Positions 12,641 through 25,100 are shown, counted from the whole stretch's first letter. The stretch is 63,779 nucleotides of DNA, filler included, from Octopus bimaculoides (GCF_001194135.2; 5 parts of 4 records of this genome joined end to end with filler, not necessarily neighbours in it); one strand, 5' to 3'. The notes: generated by a model not told the origin, from the letters alone. Numbers and translations are program-made.

Positions 12641-14539
12641 TGATTCTTCTTGGAGATCAGAGATTTCTTTGCCAGTGCCCAAGGAAGCAATCCAGAATGT
12701 CATATAAAAATGGAAAACAGTACTGGGAAGAAGGTGAAATTACAAAGTACATAGGAAAAATGATATATGGGGTAAAAAGCAAAAAAGGTATAAAAAAAAG
12801 ACACAGAAACCAAGAAGAGATTCATAGAAAATGAACTAGACAGATTGGAAGAAGCTATAGAATGGCCATTTGACACATTCTGTGTACCAACACTGTTACA
12901 GGTAGTTGAACCCATGAATACAAGTGGAAGAAATAGGAAGAACATAGAGTTTCTACAATTAAATGCCAAAAAGAAAAACATATTAAGTTGAAATAAAATG
13001 CTAAAAAGGGCGGAGGGGTGATTAAAGTAAAATAAAATTACTTGCTTTCCATAAAAAAACAACCTAAAAGGTAGATGTTGTAGTGAAATGGTACACCCCT
13101 TCCCATGTGGCAAAATGGTATGATACAGCCACTCTAAAGTCAGTCAGTAGTAGTAGTCAATGTACGAGTTCCTCAGTTGGAGTCAGTATCAGTTACGTGA
13201 TATGAGTTCTAGTTAATGTCAAGGTAGATGTTTCAAAGTCATTGTCTTGCTGAGCTATTAGTGATAGCATGATAGACAAGTCAAAGATAATAAGACATGG
13301 AATACCACCACAACATAATAGTGGCGACAAGAACATTATAGTGCTGACAACCACATACAGGTGGATGCCGATCCACATTACAACAATGTGGTTGAGAAAT
13401 AAACTTTCTTACCACTCAGCCACACCTGTACCTAATCAGAAATAAAAAGAAAACTGAACTAGATATAGTATTAAGTGAAATTAGACTTTTTAAAGAATCT
13501 TTACGCTAACAGTAAACTGTTTTCAAAAGACATGTTTATGTAATACAAACAAGAAGTGAAATCTGAATTTATTGCAAAAGAAGTGAACGCAATTAAAAAA
13601 AGCCTATTTTTCATGACACCTAGTGAGGTTACCATGTAACAAAAACAAAATACTCTTGACTTAGTTGAATCATAGTAGAAGTAGGTGGCTTTGTACCAGA
13701 TGTTGAGGGTCTAAAGTATGACAGAGGGACAAGCATAGGTGTCTTGCTATAGAGGAGATACATGACTACCCCACATTTTATGCAGGTAGCTGGAAGGAAG
13801 ACAGAGAGTGTGTTGACAAAGTGTCAGCGCAAACTCTTAAGGCATATGAAAGTGAGTATAAAAAAAAATATGGACAGTGGAATAGTGAGAAGGATAGAGA
13901 GGGTAATTTCATAAGGATGCGGGAGGAGAGTATCAAATATTTAAAGATGAGGGGAGAGGTGGATGTAGTGAGTGATGAAAAAGGGTGGAGGTGTAGTTGA
14001 TGGTAAATATAAGAATGGAAGGGAGGAGGTGGAAGAGATAGAAGTGTGGAGGAGGTGACAATTAGCAGCACATGAAGGGTGGAAGACAGCAGTACCATAT
14101 ATCTGTGGATAGATAAAAAAATTTGGGAGATGGTATGCAAGGTGTGAGAATAGAGATGGAGGGTGATAAATTGTGGCAAAGATGGAGGTCAGAGGGTGGC
14201 TAAAATGAGTAGGGAAACAAAGGTGGAAGGATCACCAATAGCTGATATGAGGTGTTGAAATGATAGCAGATAGGAGAGGTGTTAAAAAGGAGGAATGGAA
14301 GACCTAAGGTTTAGCTCAGACACGAGGTGGAGACTACTGAAGGCACAGAAAGGTGGGGTGGTGATCATTGGAAGTAGCATGGACAGGGATGATAAAAGTG
14401 AGGTTATTGGCAGTGCCAAAATGCGTTGATACTGCTCTCAAATGATTGCAGCAGCTGAGTATTTCTACTAAATAGATATACAACCTGGACTTTTAAAGAT
14501 AATAAAATTGTTATGATTATAATTTTCTATTGTGTACAG

Positions 14540-14930
14540 AAACAGAAACAACTATTATAATAACAACAATGGTAACGATGATGATAACAACAACAACAAT
14601 AGTGACAATAACAATAACAACAACATTCATCACTCAGACAACTATAGCAATAACAATAACAACACAAGTGTACGAAACAGGAACAACTATTATAATAACA
14701 ACAATAGTAACGATGATGATAGCAACAGTAATAACATCCCACACACAGACAATGATACCAACCACATCAACCACACAACTACCAACAACACCACCCACAA
14801 CAATAACAACCATATGCACAACACAAGCACTACCACCACCACCAACAACAACATCAAACACCAGCAACTATAACAACAACAACAACAACAACCACAACGA
14901 TAATAACACTCTACACTCTGTCTTCTACAA
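14540..14930 (+). repeat. (AAC/AAT/ACC)n low-complexity tract at the 5' side of PLE-3
   Basis: Trinucleotide-based repeats; the Asn- and Thr-rich ORFs in the track are artefacts of this. Confidence 0.85.
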
Positions 14931-15039
14931 CCCTAACAACAAATCTTATGACATGACAAGGATCTACCCCACAGACTTACCCTTTAACAAAAGGGTATGT
15001 ATCCCACCCCAAATTAACAGAAAACAGAAGCAAAGATCT

Positions 15040-15876
15040 CCTTAGCTAGAAATAGATTCCGACATATCTTAGACCGATACAACAAATCCACTAAAAAACA
15101 TAGTGAGGAGGAGACCCACCAAATCAGCTCATCTGTTGACAGAGGCCTACATAAACTGAGACAGCGAATTAGGAACAGAGAATTAGTGTGCCTCCCTACA
15201 GACAAGTCTGGTAGACTGTCAATAGACAGCCGTCAGAACTATGTCCAGACCATGCAACAACACATCAGTAACACCACAAGAACATGAAAAAGTGGAAAAA
15301 ATCCTCAACGCACACATGGGAATGTGGTGAAACATACTCCAACCTACAAAAAGGACAGCACACAATTTCCAAGCTACCAACAATGACATTCCTACACTAT
15401 GCGGGTTACGCAAAGACCACAAACCCTACATAAACCCTGTCATGGGGCCTCCAACCAGACCAGTTTGTGGAGCAAATATCTCCAGCAACTATAGACTGTC
15501 CTACTTCCTCTAACACGTATTACGACTTCTCATAGAGATGTCTCCAGATGTCTGTGTGAGCACGGAAGATCTCCTCAGTAAGATCAGTGCTTGCAACCAC
15601 TCCAACGACCTCATAGGTTGTGTAGTGGGTAGTATGGATGTGATTTCACTCTACCCATCTATAGACATAGATTTTGCTGTGGAGATATGCATTCAGGTGA
15701 TCTGTGAAAGTGAAGTGGAGTTCCGCAAGGTCAACACGAGGGAACTGGGCCACCTCCTCAGACTAAGCTACGACAGTAACTATTTGGATGACCATGACCT
15801 CAGTAGATTCTGCCCCACCAGGCCACAGAGGGGAAGACCACCCACCATCACTTCAGCAGTGAAGAAAAGCACCACT
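15040..15876 (+). mobile_element. Penelope-like element 3, RT fragment of a different family, truncated at a scaffold linker
   Basis: LPTDKSGRL, GLRKDHK, GPPTRPVCGA, STEDLL, GSMDVISLYPSID, CPTR..RGRPPTIT, with stops and frameshifts. Confidence 0.8.
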
Positions 15877-15976
15877 NNNNNNNNNNNNNNNNNNNNNNNN
15901 NNNNNNNNNNNNNNNNNNNNTTAATTAATTAANNNNNNNNNNNNNNNNNNNNNNNNNNNNNNNNNNNNNNNNNNNN
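15877..15976. other. Artificial scaffold linker N44-TTAATTAATTAA-N44
   Basis: Exactly 44 N + 12-mer carrying stop codons in all six frames + 44 N = 100 bp. Confidence 0.95.
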
Positions 15977-16028
<52 letters not shown>

Positions 16029-17791
16029 ATACACACACACATTTAAACTCCGTAGCGATCTAAATACGTGCATATATTACATACACACATACGTACATAC
16101 ATACACATATATACATACATGCATACATACACATATAGATGTACACATAGAAAGATAATACATACACAGGCCGCATTTGTCACACATAAATATATCCATG
16201 CACGCATACATTCACGTACATACATACATGCATACGTAGATACATACATAAAAATATACTTCCATGCATACATATATACATATACATAAATGCATACATG
16301 CATACATACATACATATATACATACACGCATGCGTACATACAGCTTGTTGGGTCTTTTGTGTCTCCGTCTCTCTTCAAGTTTGCTTTACATTCTCATTTT
16401 CGGTCAGTTTGTACTTTTATGTTATTATTCTCATTCGTCAATAACGTTTTCCTTTACACTCTGCGCTATGAATTCACTCATTCATTCACACACTCTTTCA
16501 TTCGTGCATTCATTCGTTCATTTTATCTCCTTTAGAAATATTGCCCTTTTGAACTTTAATTCATTCACTCGATGGAAGCAATGTTTTCTGGAGCACTAGA
16601 ACACAAGATTAAATTCTTCATAGTATTTTCTCTCGCTCCTCTGAGTTAAAAATTTCGCTGTAATCAATTTTTACCTTGCAGCATCGCGATCGATTCAATG
16701 AACTATAGACATGCATTGAAGACTGTTCAATGGAATACATTTCTACTCCTACAAAGTTTCATGCCTTCAACCAATGAGAGAAATATAAAAGTTTCTCATT
16801 TATCCATATTAATGGTAGGTAGAGAATAGTGTTAAGATCGTATCTAACCAAATTCGCAATCCACTTTCGTGTTCATTTGAATGAATTTTCATCTATATAC
16901 ATTCTCCATACGTCATTTATTCTACTGGATTTCAAGAATTATTCAATATCTCAAATCTGATCTCGCAACCTTTTCTTTAATGTCGTTACGTCAATTATCG
17001 GCTAGCCTTTATCTCGAAATATATATNNNNNNNNNNNNNNNNNNNNNNNNNNNNNNNNNNNNNNNNNNNNNNNNNNNNNNNNNNNNNNNNNNNNNNNNNN
17101 NNNNNNNNNNNNNNNNNNNNNNNNNNNNNNNNNNNNNNNNNNNNNNNNNNNNNNNNNNNNNNNNNNNNNNNNNNNNNNNNNNNNNNNNNNNNNNNNNNNN
17201 NNNNNNNNNNNNNNNNNNNNNNNNNNNNNNNNNNNNNNNNNNNNNNNNNNNNNNNNNNNNNNNNNNNNNNNNNNNNNNNNNNNNNNNNNNNNNNNNNNNN
17301 NNNNNNNNNNNNNNNNNNNNNNNNNNNNNNNNNNNNNNNNNNNNNNNNNNNNNNNNNNNNNNNNNNNNNNNNNNNNNNNNNNNNNNNNNNNNNNNNNNNN
17401 NNNNNNNNNNNNNNNNNNNNNNNNNNNNNNNNNNNNNNNNNNNNNNNNNNNNNNNNNNNNNNNNNNNNNNNNNNNNNNNNNNNNNNNNNNNNNNNNNNNN
17501 NNNNNNNNNNNNNNNNNNNNNNNNNNNNNNNNNNNNNNNNNNNNNNNNNNNNNNNNNNNNNNNNNNNNNNNNNNNNNNNNNNNNNNNNNNNNNNNNNNNN
17601 NNNNNNNNNNNNNNNNNNNNNNNNNNNNNNNNNNNNNNNNNNNNNNNNNNNNNNNNNNNNNNNNNNNNNNNNNNNNNNNNNNNNNNNNNNNNNNNNNNNN
17701 NNNNNNNNNNNNNNNNNNNNNNNNNNNNNNNNNNNNNNNNNNNNNNNNNNNNNNNNNNNNNNNNNNNNNNNNNNNNNNNNNNNNATATGTA

Positions 17792-17828
<37 letters not shown>

Positions 17829-18223
17829 ATGTGTGTGATCTTTGTGTCTGTGTTTCTACCCCATCACCGCTTGATAAGCGTTGTTGCTGTGTTTAAGTCG
17901 ACACAACCTAGCAGTTTGACAAAAAAGACAGAGAAATTTTGAAGTGGTAACCGATATGTTTCCATCAGATTGAAATTAAAATAAAAGAAAAAAGCGGAGA
18001 CACAAAAACCGAAGCTTTGTGGCGTAGGATGAAGTAGAGATTGCCGGTCCACATGGATCTCGTCTCTTGAGAAGAAATTTCTAGTTCCTAAATTAACTCC
18101 CAGCAGACCAAAATTAATTTCTTCACATTTTGCTATTCTCCTAATTTTGATGCATACAATTAACTCTTTAATACGCTAATTAGTTATCAGATATGTTATA
18201 TGTTGAGTTTATTTTAATTCCAG

Positions 18224-18250
18224 AATATCAGAATTACTGCAATTAATACG
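18224..18250 (+). other. Candidate 27-nt microexon
   Basis: Acceptor gtttattttaattccAG, donor GTATGA; frame-preserving; reads NIRITAINT or ISELLQLI. Confidence 0.25.
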
Positions 18251-19214
18251 GTATGAGATTCTTGTTATGAGACTCTATAGTTCACAGACTTATAGATGCC
18301 CTGTTATGTCTATGTCTAAAACAACAAAAGATGGTTAAATTTAGACAGATAACTATACATGTTTACTCTCAGCGAAAGTGTCAAAGATAAAACTAACCAA
18401 GCGTTGTAAAGAGCAGGAACAGCATATAATGAACGAGTGTTTTGTTACTTTATGTGTTTAACTCTTCCTTTGAGAGATACGCTTCTACCACAACCATATT
18501 AATCTGAAATAGATTAATAGATTCAATGGGAAAGAAAGGATAGATTTCTATATGAAATAGCACTGAAACCATACCTCAGAGATGTGTAATTTTAGACCTG
18601 TGTTTTTGTTCTCACTGGTTTTCTACTCATTCATGCTTGAAGATGTTAGGATTTTCCTCTTTTTAGATTTCAATCTGTAGCTCTACATCTTTCAGATTTT
18701 AATATCAACCGCCGCCTGATGTTAAAAAGATCAATAAGACAACATTTCTTACATTTTAAATTCTGCGTTGTCTTCTCATTTTTTGTTTTGTTTACTTTAT
18801 CTCATCATATCTATAAATAAAAGCATATTTCCCCACAAAACCTCAAAACTGGAGACACTGGCTTTCAATATGGAGACTCACAAACAGCAACAACAACAAC
18901 AACAATAATATAAAAAAAAAACTGGTAAAATATACTATTTTTCTTTTCCTTCCATTTATAGTTGTTGAACTTTCAGATGGAATAAATTAATATCGTGAAA
19001 AATAAACAAGCAAAAGTTTCTCTTCACTGCAAAATCCCTAAGAAAAATAACTCTTCAAATAAATTTGTGTCAGTATTTCCAGATGTTAAGGACATTATTA
19101 GTTCTTCTTTCAGACAGTTAAACAAAATGTTCACCCTGTATGGTTGATTAAGTAATATGGCGCAGAGAACAGTCTATATTCGTTAACATATGCATTAACA
19201 TACACATATGTTGA

Positions 19215-19425
19215 GGTGGCGAGCTGGCAGAAGCGTTAGCACGCAAAATGCTTAGCGGTATTTCGTCCGTTCTTACGTTCTGAGTTCAAATTCCGCCGAG
19301 GTCGACGTTGCCTTTCATCCTTCCGGGTTCAATAAAATAAGTACCAGTTGAACATTGGGGGCCGATGTAATCGACTTATTCCCTACCTCAAAAACGCTGG
19401 TCTTGTACCAACATTTCAAACCAAT
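19215..19425 (+). mobile_element. tRNA-derived SINE family D (GGCGAGCTGGCAG head, GCCTTTCATCC..GTCGAT..AAGTACCAG core)
   Basis: Same sequence recurs many times in this window on both strands. Confidence 0.85.
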
Positions 19426-20184
19426 ACACACGTACGTTGCTACTGCTGTTCGCTTTAATCGAACAGACTTATGATTAAAGACAATCCGTCCGTAGAAAAT
19501 TCCATCATATTCTAAGTCTAGTTTATTTCACAGTGAATTATCCAACATGTCCACTTTGAGGTGGTAGCATATAGCTTGAGGGTGCTTTGCTTGCTATTTC
19601 TGTCGTTGTGGTTGTCAAAAGTGTCGTCTGCTATGCTACTTTTCTTCGCTGAAATGTCATTATTTTATCCTTTTCTATTATTTATTTGTGTGTACATTAA
19701 TACTATTTTAGCATTTTGCTTTCATTTTGTTTGATAGCTGTTTTGCTTTGTTCAATGTTATTTGTTCAGGAGTTAGTTTACGAAACACGAGAAGCCATTT
19801 TTAAACATACAAATAGAGGGTAGAGTAAAAATGTTGTCTAACCCCAGTACAGGGTATACTTTACAAAATGTTCAGCAATAATCCTCGTTTGAAATAATAT
19901 TTAAAATAAAAATGAAATCCTTTGGTTACAATTGCAAAACGCTGTAGCTAATTCTCTGAGCAAAATTTTTAACCATCTAAACGAGTTAGAAGGGAACAAC
20001 AACGACAACAGCAACAACAGAACAACAAAAGCAACAACAACAATAATGATTATAGAGGGGCTGTCCTGGTGAGTGATTATAGCTGGATTTTATAGGATTT
20101 CTCCATAGAGATTGATCATTGCTATTGAAGCAAAGAAACCGGATATGAGCGTGGAGAACAGAAAAAAAAATAATAAACAACACA

Positions 20185-20455
20185 AAAGTGTAAGATCATA
20201 GAATTTGCAAAGCCATATGATAGCAAAAGTGGATATTTCGGAAACTAAGAAAATTGAGGAATATCAGGACCATGCCAGAGAGATGAAGACGTTGTGAAAC
20301 ACGAAGTGTAAAGATTGTTTCTACTTGATGCAATGGCGAAACTGCTACTTAAGAATCCGAAGGATATTGGAAATGAGACACGTCTTGTTGACCTGCTGGA
20401 AAGTGCTATACTGTTTTCTGTAAGAATTCTGAGAAAGATTCTTGAAATTTGAGGA
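20185..20455 (+). mobile_element. 3' relic of an RLE-bearing non-LTR element (R4/NeSL/HERO-like)
   Basis: IIEFAKPYDSKVDISETKKIEEYQDHAREMKTL resembles the restriction-like endonuclease motif, followed by a RILRKIL-like terminus. Confidence 0.6.
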
Positions 20456-20489
20456 GACTTTTAGTAACCAAGTTTCAAAATAGCATACC

Positions 20490-20720
20490 TGCTAATTAAA
20501 TTAGTGAGGAATAGCATTTGTACGAATATGTATTAGCTTTCGTTGTCGTAGAGTAACGATAGTAATAATGGTTTGAAATATTGGCTCAATGCCAGCAATT
20601 TCGGGAGGAGGAGGGGAGTCGATTACATCGATCCCCCAGTGAGCAATTTGAACTTGTGAACGTACAGACGCAGGAAATAGCGCTAAGTATTTTACCGGGT
20701 GTGCTAACGATTCTGCCACA
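20490..20720 (-). mobile_element. SINE family D copy
   Basis: Reverse complement of the 19215 copy. Confidence 0.8.
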
Positions 20721-20986
20721 TTTTCCATTAATGTTTTACGTAGTGTTTTTGGTACCGAAAGACTTTCAAACTTCGTATACTTATCTATTTTGTGTTATAG
20801 AACAGAAAAATATTTTTGTATTCGAATTTATTTCATGTAAAAAATTGTCTTATTTCGATAATTTCAACCAATCACTGACAAGTATTCAGTTGTTTATATT
20901 TACTCCTTTGGCTGATTAAGCGGTGTAAAGCGTATTTAATTTCCATAGCTTCGTTTTGCTTTTTTCTTTTTAAATTTGCTGTTTTA

Positions 20987-21021
20987 CCCTAACCCTAACC
21001 CTAACCCTAACCCTAACCCTA
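20987..21021 (+). repeat. Interstitial telomeric repeat (CCCTAA)5 CCCTA, probably internal to a dispersed element ending AAAAAAGATCC (~21270)
   Basis: Direct reading of the hexamer array. Confidence 0.85.
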
Positions 21022-21627
21022 TCTCCGATAGAATTGTTTCAGAATCGTTTGTTTATGTAGTCGGCACTTAATGTATATCGGCTGAATGGACGTCAGTGAT
21101 TGGTTGAAATTACAGAAATACGACAACTTTAACATGGAATAACTTAGGGATTTCTTTTTTTTTAAAGAAGACTAAGAGAAAAATATGTTTTATATGACAC
21201 ATTCTACCAGTGTTCCAAGTTTCAAAGTGTTTCGTTAATGAAAAATGTGGCCCCCGTTTTAAAAAAGATCCAGGTCAGCTTTGCCTTTCATCCTTTCAGA
21301 GGTCGATAATATAAGTACCAGTTGGACCCTGGGGTCGATGTAATCGACTAATCCCCTACCCCCAAAATTTGCAACCATTAATGAGAACACAAATAACTGG
21401 TTTTTAATATTTCTATCACAGTACATCCCTTAACTCAACTGATTAAAGTCTAAGATATTACTGGTACTGGTTGACTTTTACACTTAAAGCTACCAATTTG
21501 TTAGTTTTTGAGCTGGCTGAGTCGTAGGCATACCGGACAAAATGCTTAGCAGACTTTCGTCCGTCATTATATACTGAGCTCAAATTCCACCGTATCGTTT
21601 TTGCCTTCACTACTTTCGGACCTGATA

Positions 21628-21944
21628 GTGAAAGCGCGTGGCTTAGTGGTTAGGGCATTTGGCTTACTATCGTAAGGTCGTGAGTTCAATTCCCGGCAAC
21701 ACGTTGTGTCCTTGAGCAAGACACTTTATTTCACATTGCTCCAGTCCACTCAGCTGGCAAAAATGAGTAGCACCTGTATTTCAAAGGGCCGGCCTTGTCA
21801 CACTCTGTGTCACGCTGAATCTCCCTGAGAACTACGTTAGGGATACACGTGTCTGTGGAGTGCTCAGCCACTTGCACGCTAATTTCACGAGCAGGCTGTT
21901 CGTATCAGCTGGGGCCCTCGTCGTCGTAACCGACGGAGTGCTCC
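21628..21944 (+). mobile_element. CORE-type SINE (family B) nested within a family D SINE (~21510-22055)
   Basis: tRNA-like head, TGTGTCCTTGAGCAAGACACT CORE-like block, tail shared with family A; imperfect 16-bp TSD 21612-21627 / 21948-21963. Confidence 0.8.
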
Positions 21945-22417
21945 TTAACTTCCGGACCTGCTAAAATAAATACCAGTCATATACTGGATTTGATCCAATC
22001 GACTTCCTCGTCCTCCTCAAAAAAACTGCAGGCCCGGTGCCAAAACTTGATACCATTATTTACAGACATCTATCACACTGGAGTCGATTAAAATATTGTT
22101 AAAAGTAATGGTTTCCAATTTGGGTAAAAGGCTAGGAATTTTGAAGGGAGGGAGTTAGTCGATACTATTGATTGATACATTTTTTGTCGATTTTGGAAAG
22201 AATGAAATGCAAAGTTAACCTCAGCGGGATCCGAGCTCAGAGCCAGAATAAATATCGCAGAGTATTTTGTTCGACGCTCTTACAATTCTGCCAGCTCACC
22301 GCCAAGACATGAGTGATTCTAGTCACAGTTAGAAACAAGCACGGAGTCGACCTGAAACAGTCAAACGAATGAAGCACTCATTAATTATATCATGCTTCTG
22401 TTGTTTAATTACTGCAG

Positions 22418-22555
22418 ATGATGCCTATTTACGAGCTTGTGAGACTGATTCAGCTCGAGTCACGTTGTTTGGAGGTGTGTCCAGTGCAGAACGCTGTCAG
22501 AGATATAGCAATTTATGAACCTTCGATATATCGACCGATTACTGGATATTATCTG
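22418..22555 (+). other. Exon-like unique sequence after a good acceptor
   Basis: ttctgttgtttaattactgcAG at 22417. One frame is open to a weak GTATCC donor at 22556 (46 codons); another gives DDAYLRACETDSARVTLFGGVSSAERCQRYSNL then stop at 22518. Confidence 0.3.
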
Positions 22556-23002
22556 GTATCCGTCAGCTGAGACTTCCACAAGTTTGGACTTCACGAAACC
22601 GAAGAAAACATTATAAAATGCGCTAGATATTCCAGGGATCGAACTTACGAACAACAAAGCAAAAAAAAAAAAAAAAAAAAAAGAAGCCCCCGAAACATTA
22701 TCTCTATGTTCAATCATAATGACTTTTCCATAATCTCGAACTATAAAACTGGCGAATCACCCTCGAGTTTACTAGCAAGAGTCTGTGATTAATTTAAAAT
22801 TACAGACTTCGATGCTTGGTCAATGAGAGCAAATTAGCTTTCGTTTGGTGACATCATGCATGTGTCATGGCAACGATAAAGTTATAGTCGACGAGTGTGC
22901 GTATATATGTATGCATGCATGTATGTGTACGTATTTACACATGTATGAATGTATGTAACACATATATCTACGTATATAATGCACACGCGCGTACGCACAC
23001 AA

Positions 23003-23045
<43 letters not shown>

Positions 23046-23194
23046 TTTATAAATGGTGATTAAATCAAATTTCCAGTTCGTTGACAGCAACTAATAAATA
23101 ATTTTATTAGCAATACAAACTAGTTATCCTTGGGGGTTATGCAATAAATTTGATTTACATATAATTCAACTTGTGGGATAAAATATAGCTCTAT

Positions 23195-23197
23195 GCC

Positions 23198-23281
<84 letters not shown>

Positions 23282-23338
23282 GCCTGCCTGTCTGCTTGCC
23301 TGCCTGCCTGCCTGTCTGTCTGTCTATTTGTCAGTCAG

Positions 23339-23390
<52 letters not shown>

Positions 23391-23391
23391 A

Positions 23392-23469
<78 letters not shown>

Positions 23470-23597
23470 GCCTGTCTGCCTGTCTGTCTGTCTGTCTGTC
23501 TGTCTGTCTTTCTATAACTATGCTTCTATATGTATGTATGTATGTATGTATGTATCTATCTATCTATCCATCTATCTATACCTATCTATCTATATAT

Positions 23598-23640
<43 letters not shown>
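23195..23640 (+). repeat. Compound microsatellite (TCTA)n-(TCTG)n-(CCTG)n-(TCTA)n-(TCTG)n-(TATG)n-(TC)n
   Basis: Direct reading. Confidence 0.95.
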
Positions 23641-23642
<2 letters not shown>

Positions 23643-23760
23643 CCTCCCATTCTCCCCCTCTCTATAAATATAAGTACGTACACATCTATTTACAAATTCA
23701 AACTATCATAGAACATTCACTATTGCTCCGAGTTTCCAGCTTAATTAAGCAATTAATTAA

Positions 23761-23832
23761 GTATTCGCCAGACAATTTACTTGATCCAATTCGAATATTG
23801 GAATTGGATCATGTAATTTGTCTGACTAATGC
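23761..23832. ncRNA. Pre-miRNA-like hairpin candidate
   Basis: Core arms 23769-23792 and 23801-23824 pair at 22 of 24 positions with an 8-nt loop; imperfect pairing extends to 23761/23832. Confidence 0.3.
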
Positions 23833-23843
23833 TTTACACACAC

Positions 23844-23910
<67 letters not shown>

Positions 23911-24879
23911 TGTGTGTATATATGTATATATATATATATATACATACACACACACACATACATATATAAAGCACGTGTGTTTGTGTGTGTGTGTATGTAT
24001 GCGTATTACCTTAGGAACTTTTAATTCGTTTGACGTAAATACGCCGTATCAGAGGGCAAGTAAATGGAATTACATAAAAATGTAGTTATCCCGCCTCCTC
24101 AAAATCTTTTACAATACACCAGATCACGTTTCCATTTTACAATTATATAGCTAGATATACACGGTTGTGTGGTTAAGTTTAAGAAATCTGTTTCTCGACC
24201 ACAGCGTCCCGAGATCCATCCCAGTTCGGAAAAGTTTAGGACTGTTTGTTTTAGAATAGCTTCAGAGTGTGGTAGAAACTTATTGCAAAAAATTGAGTAG
24301 AAATTCGTCACACAGAATGATAGAGTTATATACAAACACACACATTGTAGAAAATGGAGAGTATATTTTAGATAAAAGAAGACTTGGCTTATCTTAATTT
24401 TGAAAAATAAAAGAAGTATAAAAAAACCGCATTATATATGGTACGACCCAATACTATTAACTCTGGAAATTACATTTTTAGATCTTTAAATGATCGCGTA
24501 CACCGAAACGTATTATTTATTAAACGTAGGTTTGACATGTTTATCATACACATCACTACAACCTACTGATTCATAGTATCTAATTTATCCAAAAGGCCAG
24601 CAATTTTAAGGGGTGGTGGTTAGGTAATACCACCAACCTCACTTGAGTGGTATTTCATATTTTATTGATCCCCAAAAAATAAAAGGACAATGTTGGGAAA
24701 ACCAGAACACAAAAGCCGAAAGATATACTAAAAGATACATTTCTCCAACGTCTTATGGTTTTGCCAATCCGCCGACCTTAATGGATTCTTATTTAGGCAC
24801 AAGGTCGGAGCAGCAATTTTTAGAGGAGGCATTTGAACTCAGAACATAAAGAGACGGAAAGAATACGACAATCCACTGA

Positions 24880-25100
24880 CCCGCCAACATTAATTACTAT
24901 TAATTTAGGCATAAGGTTAGCAGTTTTGAGGGGAGTGTGCTCGTCAATTTCATCGAACCCAGTACATGACTGATATTTTATCTTATCGAGGGATGAAAGA
25001 GGAAGTTGACACCGGAAGGATCCGAACTCAGAACGTAGAGATCCAGAAGAAATACCGTAAAGCAGTTTTCCAACGCTCTCACAATTGAGCTGATCCATCG
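24880..25100 (-). mobile_element. SINE family D copy (a second degenerate copy lies at ~24600-24790)
   Basis: GATGAAAG..GTTGAC..CGAACTCAGAACG..AAATACCG motif string. Confidence 0.7.

Noticed and set aside
12640-13140. Purine-rich stretch with a protein-like frame (ENELDRLEEAIEWPFDTFC..)
   Set aside because: Multiple stops and no family I can name; probably an unidentified TE relic.
13690-14440. Strongly strand-biased segment with a CPLCHT..H remnant on the minus strand
   Set aside because: Probably a decayed LINE 3' region, but too degraded to classify.
14530-15045. Thr-rich and Asn-rich ORFs resembling mucin or prion-like proteins
   Set aside because: Products of AAC/AAT repeats at the PLE-3 5' end.
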